This document shows positions 39,356-50,276 of a stretch of DNA of 64,000 nt, in pieces; within the stretch, counting starts at the first letter, position 1; each line of letters opens with the position of its first letter. Under the pieces are notes generated by a model. The model did no database searches and was not told the origin of the DNA. It saw nothing but the letters and a program-made list of their open reading frames with translations. The position numbers and the translations under genes are program-made. This DNA is from Candidatus Poribacteria bacterium (GTDB lineage Bacteria; Poribacteria; WGA-4E; WGA-3G), in assembly GCA_964291315.2 (NCBI GenBank), contig OZ219753.1, positions 1,696,001-1,760,000 of the forward strand, in the 5' to 3' direction.

Positions 39356-40177
39356 TTAAAGAAACAATTGAACCCGAGGACGTTGCTCTGAAGGCAGGTA
39401 GCTAAACACTTTCTGTCGGATGAGCTCTGGCGTGTAGCGGCGGGAGAAATGCGTCAGTACAATGTGCTCCCCCTCAAAATCGGCTAACATAGCGGGTAAC
39501 ATTTCAAGGTGCAAGTGCATCGTCCGCTCTGCGCGTATCCGATGTTCCGGTAGAATAAATGTACATTCGCAGATCAGCACTTTGCACTGTTTGAGTAGCG
39601 GATGCGAATCAATAGCGATGCTCCGCGTATCTCCAAAATAAGCAACTAACGGCAATTGTACCTCCATCGTTACCTCGGTCCCTGATTTTCTCAATTCGGC
39701 AATGGCGCGCCCAGATAAGTGTTGAAAATCTGGCTTCAGCTTCTTGCGAACCTCACAAATTAGATAAGAAACTGCAGGGACACTATGGTTGCTAGGCAAA
39801 ATGTGTGCAATTAGATTCTGGCGAAACGGAACTACATCCCCTACTCTGACAGGGTTAATTTGATATACCCAACTTCGACCCATATCTAACGCAGAAATTC
39901 TATCGAGGATCTGAACGAGTTGCTTAGAACCGCTCGAAGGAACATAAATATTACCGGGGGGGATACCAGAAAGCCAACGTTGGCTGATATAGATCGGTAA
40001 CCCGAAGTAGTGATCCAGGTGAAAGTGTGAGATAAAAATGTTATCAATGCCGATGAAATTCATCGGACATCTGCCTAAATCAAAAACCAAATCTAGCTCC
40101 CTCACCCGGATATAAGTAGCAACGGCGGAGCTCGATTTTCCTTCAAGTGTTAAATTACTACATTGCAATAACGTCAT
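39356..40177 (-). CDS. Metallo-beta-lactamase fold nuclease, TM-type RNase Z-like
   Basis: EGKSS, HFHLDH, KKLKP arm, GDT, ECTF, HLH, THFS.RY. Confidence 0.75.
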   Translation of the reverse strand: MTLLQCSNLTLEGKSSSAVATYIRVRELDLVFDLGRCPMNFIGIDNIFISHFHLDHYFGLPIYISQRWLSGIPPGNIYVPSSGSKQLVQILDRISALDMGRSWVYQINPVRVGDVVPFRQNLIAHILPSNHSVPAVSYLICEVRKKLKPDFQHLSGRAIAELRKSGTEVTMEVQLPLVAYFGDTRSIAIDSHPLLKQCKVLICECTFILPEHRIRAERTMHLHLEMLPAMLADFEGEHIVLTHFSRRYTPELIRQKVFSYLPSEQRPRVQLFL

Positions 40178-40263
40178 ATTAAGTGGTTATGAGTTGTCAG
40201 TTATCAATTGTCAGAAAAATAGACATCGGTTTAACTCTTCACGTTTCGCGAAAGGACAAAAAA

Positions 40264-41121
40264 ATGCGTATCGGAATTATTGGGGGCAGCGGCTTCTACC
40301 AGATAGAAGGCTTAACAGACATCGAAAAAATCCATGTCGAAACCCCGTTCGGCAAACCGAGCGATGCTCTCATTCTGGGTAACCTAGACGGGAAACCTGT
40401 TGTTTTCTTACCTCGACACGGTGTCGGTCACCGAATCCCTCCCTCCGAGGTTAATGTTCGCGCTAACATCTATGCCTTAAAATCGTTAGATGTTGAATGG
40501 CTTATTTCTGTCAGTGCGGTCGGAAGTCTTCGACAAGATATTGAGCCTCGTCATTTCGTTGTACCCGATCAACTCTATGATCACACCAAACACCGCGAAT
40601 CTACCTTTTTTGGAGACGGGCTTGCCGCACACATCAGCCTTGCCCATCCCTTCTGTTCACAGCTGACCAAGTTCCTTGCCACAGGCACCTCGGAAACCGG
40701 GGCGGCGGTGCATAACGGTGGTACTTACATCTGCATAGAGGGACCAGCGTTCTCAACGCAAGCAGAATCTAACGTCTACCGGCACCTCGGCTTCGATATT
40801 ATTGGCATGACCGCAGCACCTGAAGCCAAGCTCGCCCGCGAAGCAGAAATCTGCTACGCCGTTCTCGCATGCTCCACTGATTACGACTGCTGGCACCCCG
40901 AACATGATAATGTCACTACCGAGATGATCCTTGACAACGTTCGTTTTAACGTCGAGACTTCCAAAAAAATAGTACGCAGCACTATCGCCCAAATCCCTGA
41001 CGGAAGCCGTACGTGCCTCTGTTCAAACGCCCTTCAATACGCCATCGCTACTGATCCGAACAAGATAACACTTGCAAAACGACATCAGTTAAAACTCTTG
41101 CTGGACAAGTACTTGACGTAG
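40264..41121 (+). CDS. mtnP: S-methyl-5'-thioadenosine phosphorylase
   Basis: GIIGGSG, RHGVGH, EGPAFST.AES, IGMT..PEAKLAREAEICY, TDYDCW. Confidence 0.93.
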   Translation: MRIGIIGGSGFYQIEGLTDIEKIHVETPFGKPSDALILGNLDGKPVVFLPRHGVGHRIPPSEVNVRANIYALKSLDVEWLISVSAVGSLRQDIEPRHFVVPDQLYDHTKHRESTFFGDGLAAHISLAHPFCSQLTKFLATGTSETGAAVHNGGTYICIEGPAFSTQAESNVYRHLGFDIIGMTAAPEAKLAREAEICYAVLACSTDYDCWHPEHDNVTTEMILDNVRFNVETSKKIVRSTIAQIPDGSRTCLCSNALQYAIATDPNKITLAKRHQLKLLLDKYLT

Positions 41122-42441
41122 GGTTTCAAATATTCTATCCGCCTCTGCCTCGGTTAGAATGAGCGGCGGGGCAACAAAAATAATATTTTCCGGCTCCTCA
41201 ACCGCATGGCCGATTTTCCCGACGATGATCCCTTTGTCTCGTAAGAGTCCTACAATCTGGTTCGTTTTTGCTGTTTCAAGATGGCCACCATCGGCTCCAA
41301 TAAGTTCCACAGCGAGCATCAACCCTTTGCCTCGAATATCACCAACGATGGGCAGCGTAGACAACGTTTCTAACTTGGAGTGTAGATACGCCCCCACTTT
41401 TTCCGCATTTTCCCAGAGACGCTCCTCTTGAAGAATTTTCAGATTCGCGATTCCAGCCGCACATGCCACAGGATGTCCACCGTAGGTACAGACTTGTGCA
41501 AATTCCTTATTTTCATCGGTTTCTCCGAGGAATACGTCGAAAACTCCGTCTGAAGCCACACAGGCACCAAGCGGTATATAGCCGCTCGTTAACCCTTTTG
41601 CCAACGTGATGAGGTCGGGCTGTACGCCCCAATGCTCACACGCGAACATTTTTCCAGTCCGCCCAAAGCCGGTGATTACTTCATCAAAAATGAGGAGTAG
41701 TCCGTAATCGTCACAGATTTGCCTGAGCTTTGGTAGATAGTCGTCTGGCGGCACGATGACCCCACCGCCACCGATAATGGGTTCAGCAATCACAGCGATT
41801 ACGGTCTCGGGGCCCTCCAATTGGATTATTCGTTCAATCTCGTTCGCGCATGCAATACCACAGGAAGAGGCATCCAAACCGAGGGGACAGCGGTAACAGT
41901 AGGGCGGGTGTGCATGCAGGAATCCCGGCACAAGCGGCTCAAACGCTTTTCGTCTTCGTGCCTGTCCCGTCGCTGAAAGTGCACCACACGTAAATCCGTG
42001 ATAGCCGCGATATCGACTGATAATCTTATAACGATTCTCACCGGGATAAGTTTGCCTTCCATACTGCCGCGCCATTTTTATCGCTGTCTCGTTCGCTTCC
42101 GAACCGCTGTTACAAAAATAGACGTGGTTTAAATCCCCCGGGAGAGACGCTGCGAGTTGTTCGGCTAATACTGTGGCGGGAGCGTTAATTTGCGAGTGTG
42201 GATAGTACGGCAACTGCTGTATTTGCTCGTATACAGCATCAGCAATCTCTTGACGTCCATAACCGACATTAACATTCCACAAAGCAGAATAAGCGTCTAG
42301 GTACTCGCGGCCATCCGCATCCACGAGCGTTGTCCCATGTGCGGATTCAAAAACAACTAATGATGTCTCATCAAGGCGGCGATGTTGAAACAGCGGATGC
42401 CATACATGCGCCTTATCTATTTCTCTGTAATTTATCGTCAT
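41089..42441 (-). CDS. Class III PLP aminotransferase (omega-amino acid/BioA-like)
   Basis: [39 protein letters not shown]. Confidence 0.92.
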   Translation of the reverse strand: MTINYREIDKAHVWHPLFQHRRLDETSLVVFESAHGTTLVDADGREYLDAYSALWNVNVGYGRQEIADAVYEQIQQLPYYPHSQINAPATVLAEQLAASLPGDLNHVYFCNSGSEANETAIKMARQYGRQTYPGENRYKIISRYRGYHGFTCGALSATGQARRRKAFEPLVPGFLHAHPPYCYRCPLGLDASSCGIACANEIERIIQLEGPETVIAVIAEPIIGGGGVIVPPDDYLPKLRQICDDYGLLLIFDEVITGFGRTGKMFACEHWGVQPDLITLAKGLTSGYIPLGACVASDGVFDVFLGETDENKEFAQVCTYGGHPVACAAGIANLKILQEERLWENAEKVGAYLHSKLETLSTLPIVGDIRGKGLMLAVELIGADGGHLETAKTNQIVGLLRDKGIIVGKIGHAVEEPENIIFVAPPLILTEAEADRIFETLRQVLVQQEF

Positions 42442-42569
42442 GTTCTTCCTATCGTCACCGGCTGTCGACTATCTGTGCATCCGCCCCGTTTACTTTCATC
42501 AGCACGGGGCGCTGCGTTTACGATGTTTTGACTGCCACACGTATCTCTTTACTGAAAGTTAATAGTCTG

Positions 42570-44282
42570 CTACATGGACTCGGGGGCAGAGATGCCTAGT
42601 AGTGTTAATCCATTTTTCAACACTGTTTGCACGCTCTGTACCAGAATAAGGCGTGCATCCGTTCTTTCCATGTTCGACGAATCAAGAACGCGGTGTTGAT
42701 TGTAATACGGATGAAAAATTCCGGCAAGCTCATGGAGATAGTGCGGAATGCGGTGCGCCTCGCGCGCCTCTGCACTCAGAAGCACAACCGATGGAAACTC
42801 CGCTAACTTCCGAATCAACTCATGTTCCATCGGTTCAGTCAAGAGTTCCAAGGAAACTGTCCTAATGGGTTGCGGATCGATGCTCTGCTCTCTGCCCTGC
42901 TGGAAAATACTACAGCAACGAGCATGCGCATATTGAATGTAAAAGACAGGATTTTCACTGGCGTGTGTAACGGCTAACCCTATATTGAAATCAAGGTGGG
43001 TGTTATTGGCACGCATGAGAAAGAAATAGCGGGCAACATCCACTGCAAACTGCTCTCCGACAGTTTCTGCCAATTCATCAATGAGAACATCAAGCGTAAA
43101 GAACTGCCCCCGACGTTTTGACATATCTGCCCGCTCACCTTCTGAATTGATGATATTCACCTGTTGAATGATAGAGATTTCGAGCCAGTCGTCAGGCATA
43201 CCGAGTGCTTTGGCAAAGTTTTTGAGCCGTGGAATATGGCCCTGATGGTCGGGGCCAAGCAGATCGATGACCGTCGTGAACCCTCTTTTGAACTTATCGA
43301 GGTGATAGGCTGCATCAGGCACAAAATAGGTATACTCGCCATTGCTACGGATAACCACGCAGTCCTCCTCCTCATCGCTAAACTTTTTCATCCGAAACCA
43401 GGTCGCACCTTCCGCTTCATAAAGATACTGTTTCTCTTGAAAGAATTGGATGATTTCCTCTGGCTTCCCACTGTTCCGAATTGCTTTCTCACTCGACCAA
43501 ACATCGAAATGAACGCGGAAACGTTCCAAAGCAGTTTTTTGTTGTGCCAAGATGTGTGCAACGCCCTTATCTCGGAAGAGGGCAACCCGTTCTGCCGTCT
43601 CAAGTTGAAGGAGTCTATCCCCTTCGGCTTCAACAATAGCGGCCGCGAATTCCTGGAGGTATTCCCCTTGATACCCACCCTCTGGAATTTCCAAGTCTGT
43701 CTCGCCGAGCGCCTGTCGATAACGGACATCAATCGATGCACCCAGCCGCTCGACTTGGCCGCCAGCATCGTTGACGTAGTACTCGCGGATTGCCTTGTAA
43801 CCTATGGCATTTAGAAGGTTGACGAGGGTATCACCGACTGCTGCGGCGCGCCCGCTCACAATGTTAAGTGGGCCCGTGGGGTTGGCACTGACAAACTCAA
43901 TTTGTAGAAGCGCTCCCGCGCCTTTGTCGCACGTGCCGTACCGCGATTGTGCAGCATCGATTGTTCGGAGGGTATCATAGAGCCATTCGTCCGAGAGATG
44001 AATGTTTATAAAACCTGCCCCTGCAATGTCAATCTGGTGGATGGCTGAATGCGTGTCAAGATTGATATGCCTAACAATGATTTCGGCAATATTGCGGGGT
44101 GCCATCCGTGCCTGTTTTGCGAGTCCCAATGCAATGGGGGTGGCGATATCGCCGTGTTCAGGTGTCTTAGTTGGGGAAAAAGGAATATCCGGTACTTCAG
44201 CTATAGCGACTTCTCCAGATTCTATAGCGGCACGGATTGCATTTTTGAGAATAGTACAAACTTCTGTTTTAATTGCGTCCAT
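42570..44282 (-). CDS. argS: Arginine--tRNA ligase
   Basis: EFVSANPTGPL(NIVS), EYYVNDAG.Q, MSKRRG, YIQYAHAR, GISAPESM. Confidence 0.96.
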   Translation of the reverse strand: MDAIKTEVCTILKNAIRAAIESGEVAIAEVPDIPFSPTKTPEHGDIATPIALGLAKQARMAPRNIAEIIVRHINLDTHSAIHQIDIAGAGFINIHLSDEWLYDTLRTIDAAQSRYGTCDKGAGALLQIEFVSANPTGPLNIVSGRAAAVGDTLVNLLNAIGYKAIREYYVNDAGGQVERLGASIDVRYRQALGETDLEIPEGGYQGEYLQEFAAAIVEAEGDRLLQLETAERVALFRDKGVAHILAQQKTALERFRVHFDVWSSEKAIRNSGKPEEIIQFFQEKQYLYEAEGATWFRMKKFSDEEEDCVVIRSNGEYTYFVPDAAYHLDKFKRGFTTVIDLLGPDHQGHIPRLKNFAKALGMPDDWLEISIIQQVNIINSEGERADMSKRRGQFFTLDVLIDELAETVGEQFAVDVARYFFLMRANNTHLDFNIGLAVTHASENPVFYIQYAHARCCSIFQQGREQSIDPQPIRTVSLELLTEPMEHELIRKLAEFPSVVLLSAEAREAHRIPHYLHELAGIFHPYYNQHRVLDSSNMERTDARLILVQSVQTVLKNGLTLLGISAPESM

Positions 44283-44973
44283 AGTTAGGATATCAAGAGG
44301 CTGTATCAGCCATTTTTTCCTTATGAGATTCGAGACTTTGGCATTAACTAGCAGAATTATAGCACAATAGGATACCTATGTCAAAAAATCATTGGCAGGT
44401 TATCAATCGTCGGCAGCGCGCCTCTTCTAAAAGTGGCCATAGTAACGTGAGTTTGAAAGAGGTCTTAGAGATAAACAAAGATTTTACAGGCCACGAGGGG
44501 CACAGAGAGATGCTTCATATTATGGTTCTGCCTTCTCACCCGCCTCAGTAGCGATCGAATTTATGTCTATAGATTTTAGTGTGAGAGCCTATTTTCCAGA
44601 TTTTTCATTGACCTATTTCCGTAAATGTGCTAACATTTAGCGGGATCGTAGAAGAAACTGTTTTTCCTCACAGGTTCTCTTGACAAAGAACGAGCTGTTG
44701 TATATAATTCTTTTCTGAATAATTAACGTGATCTTGATAAATAATGGTTATTTTATTTGTGTAAAGAGCCCCTTTGGTATAATAAGGTTATTATATCTTT
44801 CCCCATCTGAGAAATTCGATCTGGGATGGAAAGTAGGAGCGATTAAGAGATGACACATCAATTTTGGAATTAAAAAAAGAAAGGGCATTGTCTGAAACGA
44901 ATCAGATCAGTTATAGAGCATATAGAAGACTTGTTTTCATAAATAAAGGTTTGAAAAACAAAGGATCATATAG

Positions 44974-45414
44974 ATGCCTGCTATACAGACCGACTTGACT
45001 CTTCAAAAACCGCGCGGCATACGCAACAAAGATGTAGCTGGGATTTACGGTGTTGCAAGAATGGCAGACAAGGCACGCGCTGCCGATATAGGCAAACTCG
45101 GTGGATATTCATACGGAAAAGCTTCGAAACACGATGCCGCGGTATTAGCCTTTCTGGGTGTATCTGCTGGGGATTTTCAGGTAGCCGCTGTTAACCACCC
45201 AAACAACGAAACACTAAGTGCATGGATACTCGAAACCTGCAGAAAAACGGCATCCGATATAGACGTTTTCAATCAGAAAAAGATGTTTCAAAATCAGAGC
45301 AGCCCTGCCGCGGAAACATTTACGGCTCACCGCCGCGAAATACAAAACAAACGCATCGACATCACGTCTTGGATAGGAGTCGTCTGGCGGTGGCGGCTCT
45401 GGTTTGGCAAGTAA
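44974..45414 (+). CDS. DUF5069-like protein
   Basis: DLT...PR......G....ARM.DKARA...G.LG.Y.Y....D...L.FLG. Confidence 0.7.
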   Translation: MPAIQTDLTLQKPRGIRNKDVAGIYGVARMADKARAADIGKLGGYSYGKASKHDAAVLAFLGVSAGDFQVAAVNHPNNETLSAWILETCRKTASDIDVFNQKKMFQNQSSPAAETFTAHRREIQNKRIDITSWIGVVWRWRLWFGK

Positions 45415-45488
45415 AACTAACAGCCCTGTCCCCGTAGGCGGACATAGATAACCCCCTCAATTTTTTGTGAAGAAATAACGCACAAGGA

Positions 45489-46928
45489 GTGACTGGTATG
45501 TATCAAAACCGCACATTAGTCCGCGCCGATAACCTTGAGGAGATGCGAAAATTCCCTGACGAGTGCGTTGACTTAATCGCCACCGATCCGCCATTTAATT
45601 CCAAAAGAAACTACTTTGTTCCTTACCGCGACAGAGAAGGCAAAGAACCTGTCACACTCCGCAAAGCCTTTAACGATACTTGGACTTGGGGGGAAAATGC
45701 TTCCGAAACGTGTGAGTATTTGATAGTTAACGTGGGTGGGCAGATCGGTGACACCCTCCAAGGCTTACAGCAGTTTTTGGACGAAACGCCGATGATGGCG
45801 TATCTTGTGATGATGTCCGCCAGAATCACCGAAATGCACCGGATCCTCAAAAAGACGGGCAGTCTGTATCTGCATTGTGATCCGACAGCGAGTCACTACC
45901 TCAAAATCATACTCGATGCCGTGTTTGGTACACAGAATTTTAGAAATGAAATCGTGTGGCATTACAAACGATGGACAGCTGCCTCTAGGCGCTTTCAAAA
46001 AATGCACGACGTGATCTTCTGGTATTCTAAAACGGACGCTCATACCTTTACACAACCGTTACAACCTTTTTCTGATGAATCATATATCGAAAACACAGTG
46101 CGCGGTTTTGTCGACGGTAAACTGGTCCGATTAAAGCACAAAGACGGCAACTACGTCATGCGCAAAACCCAAAAAGAGGGGGTCTTGATGCACGATGTCT
46201 GGCATGACATCAACTTTATCCCGCCCTCAAGCACGGAACGGGCAGGCTATCCTACGCAGAAACCCATCGAGCTTTACAAACGCATTATACGAGCCTCGTC
46301 AAACGCAGGAGATCTCGTCTTAGACCCGTTTGCAGGTTGCGGGACAACGCTCATGGCAGCAGAGGAGTTAGGAAGGCAGTGGATAGGAATAGACTTAACC
46401 TATCTTGCGACAGGGGCAGTCAAAATTCAAGTTGAGAAATTTTTTCCACAGCTGCGAGACAGCGTAACGATCACAGGCACCCCGGAGGATATAACTACAG
46501 CTTTAGAGCTGGCTCGTGAGGATCCAACGGGCTTTGAAGAATGGTGTGTGACGCATGTTCTCAAATTTAAGGCAAATGCAAAGAAAGTCTCCGACGGCGG
46601 CATCGATGGCACTTTCAATTTTCCGTTAGGTAGGGTCCAAGGCAGGCAGAAGTATGGCAAAGCTGTCGCACAAATCAAAGGTGGTGGTTATACGTTGAGT
46701 CATGTTCGTGACTTCCGAACAGCGATGAGGAATGAAAACGCAGCTTTAGGCGTTTTCGTGGTCACAACACCCCCTACACAAGGCATGCTGACAGAGGCAT
46801 CTCGTGCAGGAACATACAAACATCCGAGTTACGAATTATCGATTCCAGCTCTCCAGATTTACGAGATCCAAGACCACTTCAGGGGTATTCCACCAAAGTT
46901 ACCGCTCGCCGAGCGAAGTGTCTTGTAA
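45489..46928 (+). CDS. Beta-class N6/N4 DNA methyltransferase fused to an Mrr-like restriction endonuclease domain
   Basis: TDPPFNS, YLHCD, YPTQKP, DPFAGCGTT; C-terminal FEEW...DGGIDG...AQIKGG. Confidence 0.88.
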   Translation: MTGMYQNRTLVRADNLEEMRKFPDECVDLIATDPPFNSKRNYFVPYRDREGKEPVTLRKAFNDTWTWGENASETCEYLIVNVGGQIGDTLQGLQQFLDETPMMAYLVMMSARITEMHRILKKTGSLYLHCDPTASHYLKIILDAVFGTQNFRNEIVWHYKRWTAASRRFQKMHDVIFWYSKTDAHTFTQPLQPFSDESYIENTVRGFVDGKLVRLKHKDGNYVMRKTQKEGVLMHDVWHDINFIPPSSTERAGYPTQKPIELYKRIIRASSNAGDLVLDPFAGCGTTLMAAEELGRQWIGIDLTYLATGAVKIQVEKFFPQLRDSVTITGTPEDITTALELAREDPTGFEEWCVTHVLKFKANAKKVSDGGIDGTFNFPLGRVQGRQKYGKAVAQIKGGGYTLSHVRDFRTAMRNENAALGVFVVTTPPTQGMLTEASRAGTYKHPSYELSIPALQIYEIQDHFRGIPPKLPLAERSVL

Positions 46929-47186
46929 ACAGTTCGAGTCGATTCGGTTCGACGGAAGGCAAACTCTACACCGTGGATAGCAACGGCGATACCCTCTACT
47001 GGGGAAACTCACGCGGACGCATGCCTACAACAGGGAGCACAAAACTCACAAACGTGCTTCAGATGAAGAAACTTCAAGGTATATTACGTAAGTTGTTCTT
47101 GACTGTAATTATTATAGTTTTTAGCAAATTTTCGAATCGGTGCCCCCTTACGGGGCACCCATACCCCTCAGAGCAAGGAGAAAAAA

Positions 47187-48038
47187 ATGCGAACCTTCGT
47201 CTTTTTGACAGTTACTTGTGTAATTCTAATCGGTGCCGGCAGCGTCTATTGGCACCTGGATACAAAACAATTCATTAAGGAAATCACAAAACAAGCCCCA
47301 AATGATACGGAGCCCAATAAAAGTTCACATCCGCGCAGGGACAGCTCACAGTCACCCCCTGTCAATTCCGTTGTTAAGCAAGATTCACAATCCAAAGAAG
47401 TGTCTAAGCCCGCTTGGTGGAACGATATCTCACCCAATATCCTTGACTTGCAGGATGTACAGAATGGAGATCCGTGGGGCGAGATGCTCTCACAGGAAAG
47501 AGTTGAAGCGAGCAAGACACAAGAAGAATCCCCCCAGAAAACACCTATTAAAGATTTGGACCCAAACGATCCCTACGATTTATATGAAATGATGCTTGCT
47601 TCATATCTGAAGAAATTTGGAGATATTCCGGAGGTTCATATCCTTGTAGAGGGTTGGTTAAAAGGAAATCTAGGAATCATTATGACACCTGAGGAAGAAC
47701 TCGCTTATTTGGAGGCCATGAATTACTTAAATCCGCACCCATCAACACAACGGTCTATTGAAATGGCGCGGTTAGTGGTGGCAGGAGATTACGATACTTT
47801 AATAGAAAAATACGGCACGCCCATACCAGAATCGCAGCAGCCGTTCATAGATGTTAAGCCGTTCTTCGAGGAAAACGTTTGGGAAGAAGGTTTCCGTCTT
47901 CTCAGGGCATCAGATCCGAAGCGCGCTGCGGAGTTTGAAGAATTTCTCAGAGAAGAAGCACGTCAGAGTCCTCTTATGAACCTTGACGAAATTGAAGGAG
48001 CGATACAACGTTCTTACGCCCCTCGTCAAGAAAAGTAA
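47187..48038 (+). CDS. Hypothetical membrane-anchored/secreted protein
   Basis: AGGAG RBS, N-terminal hydrophobic segment, low-complexity linker, helical C-terminal domain. Confidence 0.7.
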   Translation: MRTFVFLTVTCVILIGAGSVYWHLDTKQFIKEITKQAPNDTEPNKSSHPRRDSSQSPPVNSVVKQDSQSKEVSKPAWWNDISPNILDLQDVQNGDPWGEMLSQERVEASKTQEESPQKTPIKDLDPNDPYDLYEMMLASYLKKFGDIPEVHILVEGWLKGNLGIIMTPEEELAYLEAMNYLNPHPSTQRSIEMARLVVAGDYDTLIEKYGTPIPESQQPFIDVKPFFEENVWEEGFRLLRASDPKRAAEFEEFLREEARQSPLMNLDEIEGAIQRSYAPRQEK

Positions 48039-48064
48039 CCGCCACTTTTACTATCCAAGCGGAG

Positions 48065-49860
48065 TTGGAACACAGTATTCAAAGACTTCTCCGCAAAGAA
48101 ATGTCAGCGTTTATGATTTTAAAGCAATCCCCCCAAAAATTACAGACGAGAGATAGGTTTCTTGATAGCATGTGGTTGGTATTCGCCCTCCTTTTTGTTG
48201 TGTCGGGAATACCTCGTTTCTTGATGCTCTCTGCCCATTGGGGAAGTGACGAAGCGCGTTGGTTAAACAGAAGCTCACAGTTTATGACCGCTGTCCAACA
48301 AGGTGATTTTCCCAGCACTCTCATTGCTGACCACCCGGGTGTCACAACGATGTGGATTGCCGGACTTCGCCTCTTTTTTACCCAGCCTCAAGTAGATGTC
48401 GAAAATCTTGCAGATGCCCGGTGGTTTATCGGTATCGTGGTATTTATAGGCATGGGTATTGCCTGTTTCTTAATCTATAGACTCTTCGGGCAATGGGTGA
48501 CATTGGCGAGTTTCGCGTCTCTTATCTACTCCCCGCTCTTTCTGGCTCAGACGCGACGCGTTCACACGGATGCACTTGCAGCAACCTTTATCCTACTCAC
48601 AGTGCTGTTGTTTCTGCTCTATTGTCAAAACCAGCACCTTCTCCGGTATCTGATCTTTTCAGGGATTACCTTCGGACTAGCGTTGCTTTCGAAAAGCTAT
48701 GCCCTCATTTTATTGCCGTGGGTGCCGTTGTGCCTGCTTGTGTTTTCAGAAAATCAGAAAAAACTTTTTTCAATGCACTTCGCAGCAGGTCTTTGTTTTC
48801 TTAACTGTTCTACTCTGACCATCCTCGTCCTCTGGCCTGTTTTCTGGAGACCAATCTTTTGGGGGATGGCGCTTTGCCTTTTCGGGCTCACCTTTGTGCT
48901 GTTCCGAGATATGAAGGTCGAAAGGTGTCGCATATGGGTTATGAGTGCCGCTAGCACGGGACTCTGCCTAGTAGGGGTATATGCTGCAGAAACGATATGG
49001 CGAGTCTTCAAGGGAATCAATTGGGCTGTCACCACCCCACACGACATCGAACATTTCTTTCTCGGAAAAATTATCAACAACCCAGGCTGGCTTTTCTATC
49101 CTTTTGTGCTCACCATCAAAAGCACGCCATTGATGCTTCCACTCGTAATCCTCGGATGCCTCTTGTTGTGGAAAACGCGGAAATATTCAGAGGAGAACCA
49201 GCAGTATTTCCGTATTGCACTTGCACTCGTTGCCGGTGTTTTGCTTTTCATAGTGTGCCTTTCGGCGACAAGCAAAAAGTTTCCACGATATCTGTTACCA
49301 GCTTTTCCGATGTTAGAGATACTTGCAGGGATTGGTTTCATAGCAGGGTTAAAATGGGGTTATACCGCGCTGTGTTCACGGTTTGGCACCGAGGTCACTT
49401 CAAAATACAAAACGCCCCTTGCTACGCTAGCATGCGTGGGTTTCTTTTTAATTCAAGTTTTGCCTGTGATGGCACTTCACCCGTATTATGGTACCTACTA
49501 CAACCTCTGTTGGAAAGTAACAGACATAACGAAGATTATCACGGTAGGCGATGCCTCTGGTTTGGATATTGCAGCAGAGTATCTCAATCAGAAACCAAAC
49601 GCCCAGTATATGCAGGTACAAGTATCCCCAATAGTTACGCAGATTGTGAGACACTATTTCCGCGGGTATGCATATCCGGCGGATAGAAGTGGGGCGGGGC
49701 ATACCCCTAGTTACGAAGTTGTCTATATCCGAGATTCACAAATCGGCAGAGCAGCGAGCAAGGAGCACTGAATGGGGAGCTAGAGGCGGTTATCACTCTC
49801 AACGGCATTGACCACGTTTGGATTTACCGTGTCCCACCAATAGAGAAAGAACCACATTGA
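48065..49860 (+). CDS. ArnT/PMT-family (GT-C fold) membrane glycosyltransferase; frameshift near 49750
   Basis: DE motif, HPGVTTMW, many TM helices, KKFPRYLLP; a plausible C-terminus GELEAVITLNGIDHVWIYRV continues in another frame to TGA 49860. Confidence 0.8.
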
Positions 49861-49879
49861 TCGCAAAAATCCGACACGG

Positions 49880-50110
49880 TTGGGATATTTGGTTGCAGGT
49901 GTTCTACTAGCTTTTATCATCAAGATTTTTTTCGAACACACCGAACTGAAAAATGCCGCACAGCGAGTCAACAAGGCGCTGCAAACCCTCAAACAGTACG
50001 GACCTACGGAAGGACTCCGTAAACTCAAGGCATCAGACCCGGAAGTAGCAACTCACTTTGAACGCCTCCTTCGTTCCAAAGAGGACAGCACAGCAAAAAT
50101 ACACGAGTAA
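49880..50110 (+). CDS. Small single-TM protein sharing a motif with 47187..48038
   Basis: TM helix followed by YGPTEGLRKLKASDPEVATHFE. Confidence 0.5.
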   Translation: MGYLVAGVLLAFIIKIFFEHTELKNAAQRVNKALQTLKQYGPTEGLRKLKASDPEVATHFERLLRSKEDSTAKIHE

Positions 50111-50276
50111 AACCTACACCTATATCAGATTCATTGGTCTTATGCTAATTGCGTTTTTTATTTGCTTCAAAGCACTATCAATGTATCAGATGGATTTTTT
50201 TTAATTCACGTTATACTATCAAAAAAAAATAGCAGCTCGCTATGGCAAGTTTCAACGAAGAGGAGGCGGTACAACA

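Noticed and set aside
46929-47278. 101-aa ORF / PQQ-repeat-like fragment (GSTEGKLYTVDSNG)
   Set aside because: Too short and degenerate, and it overlaps the next real gene; at most a gene relic
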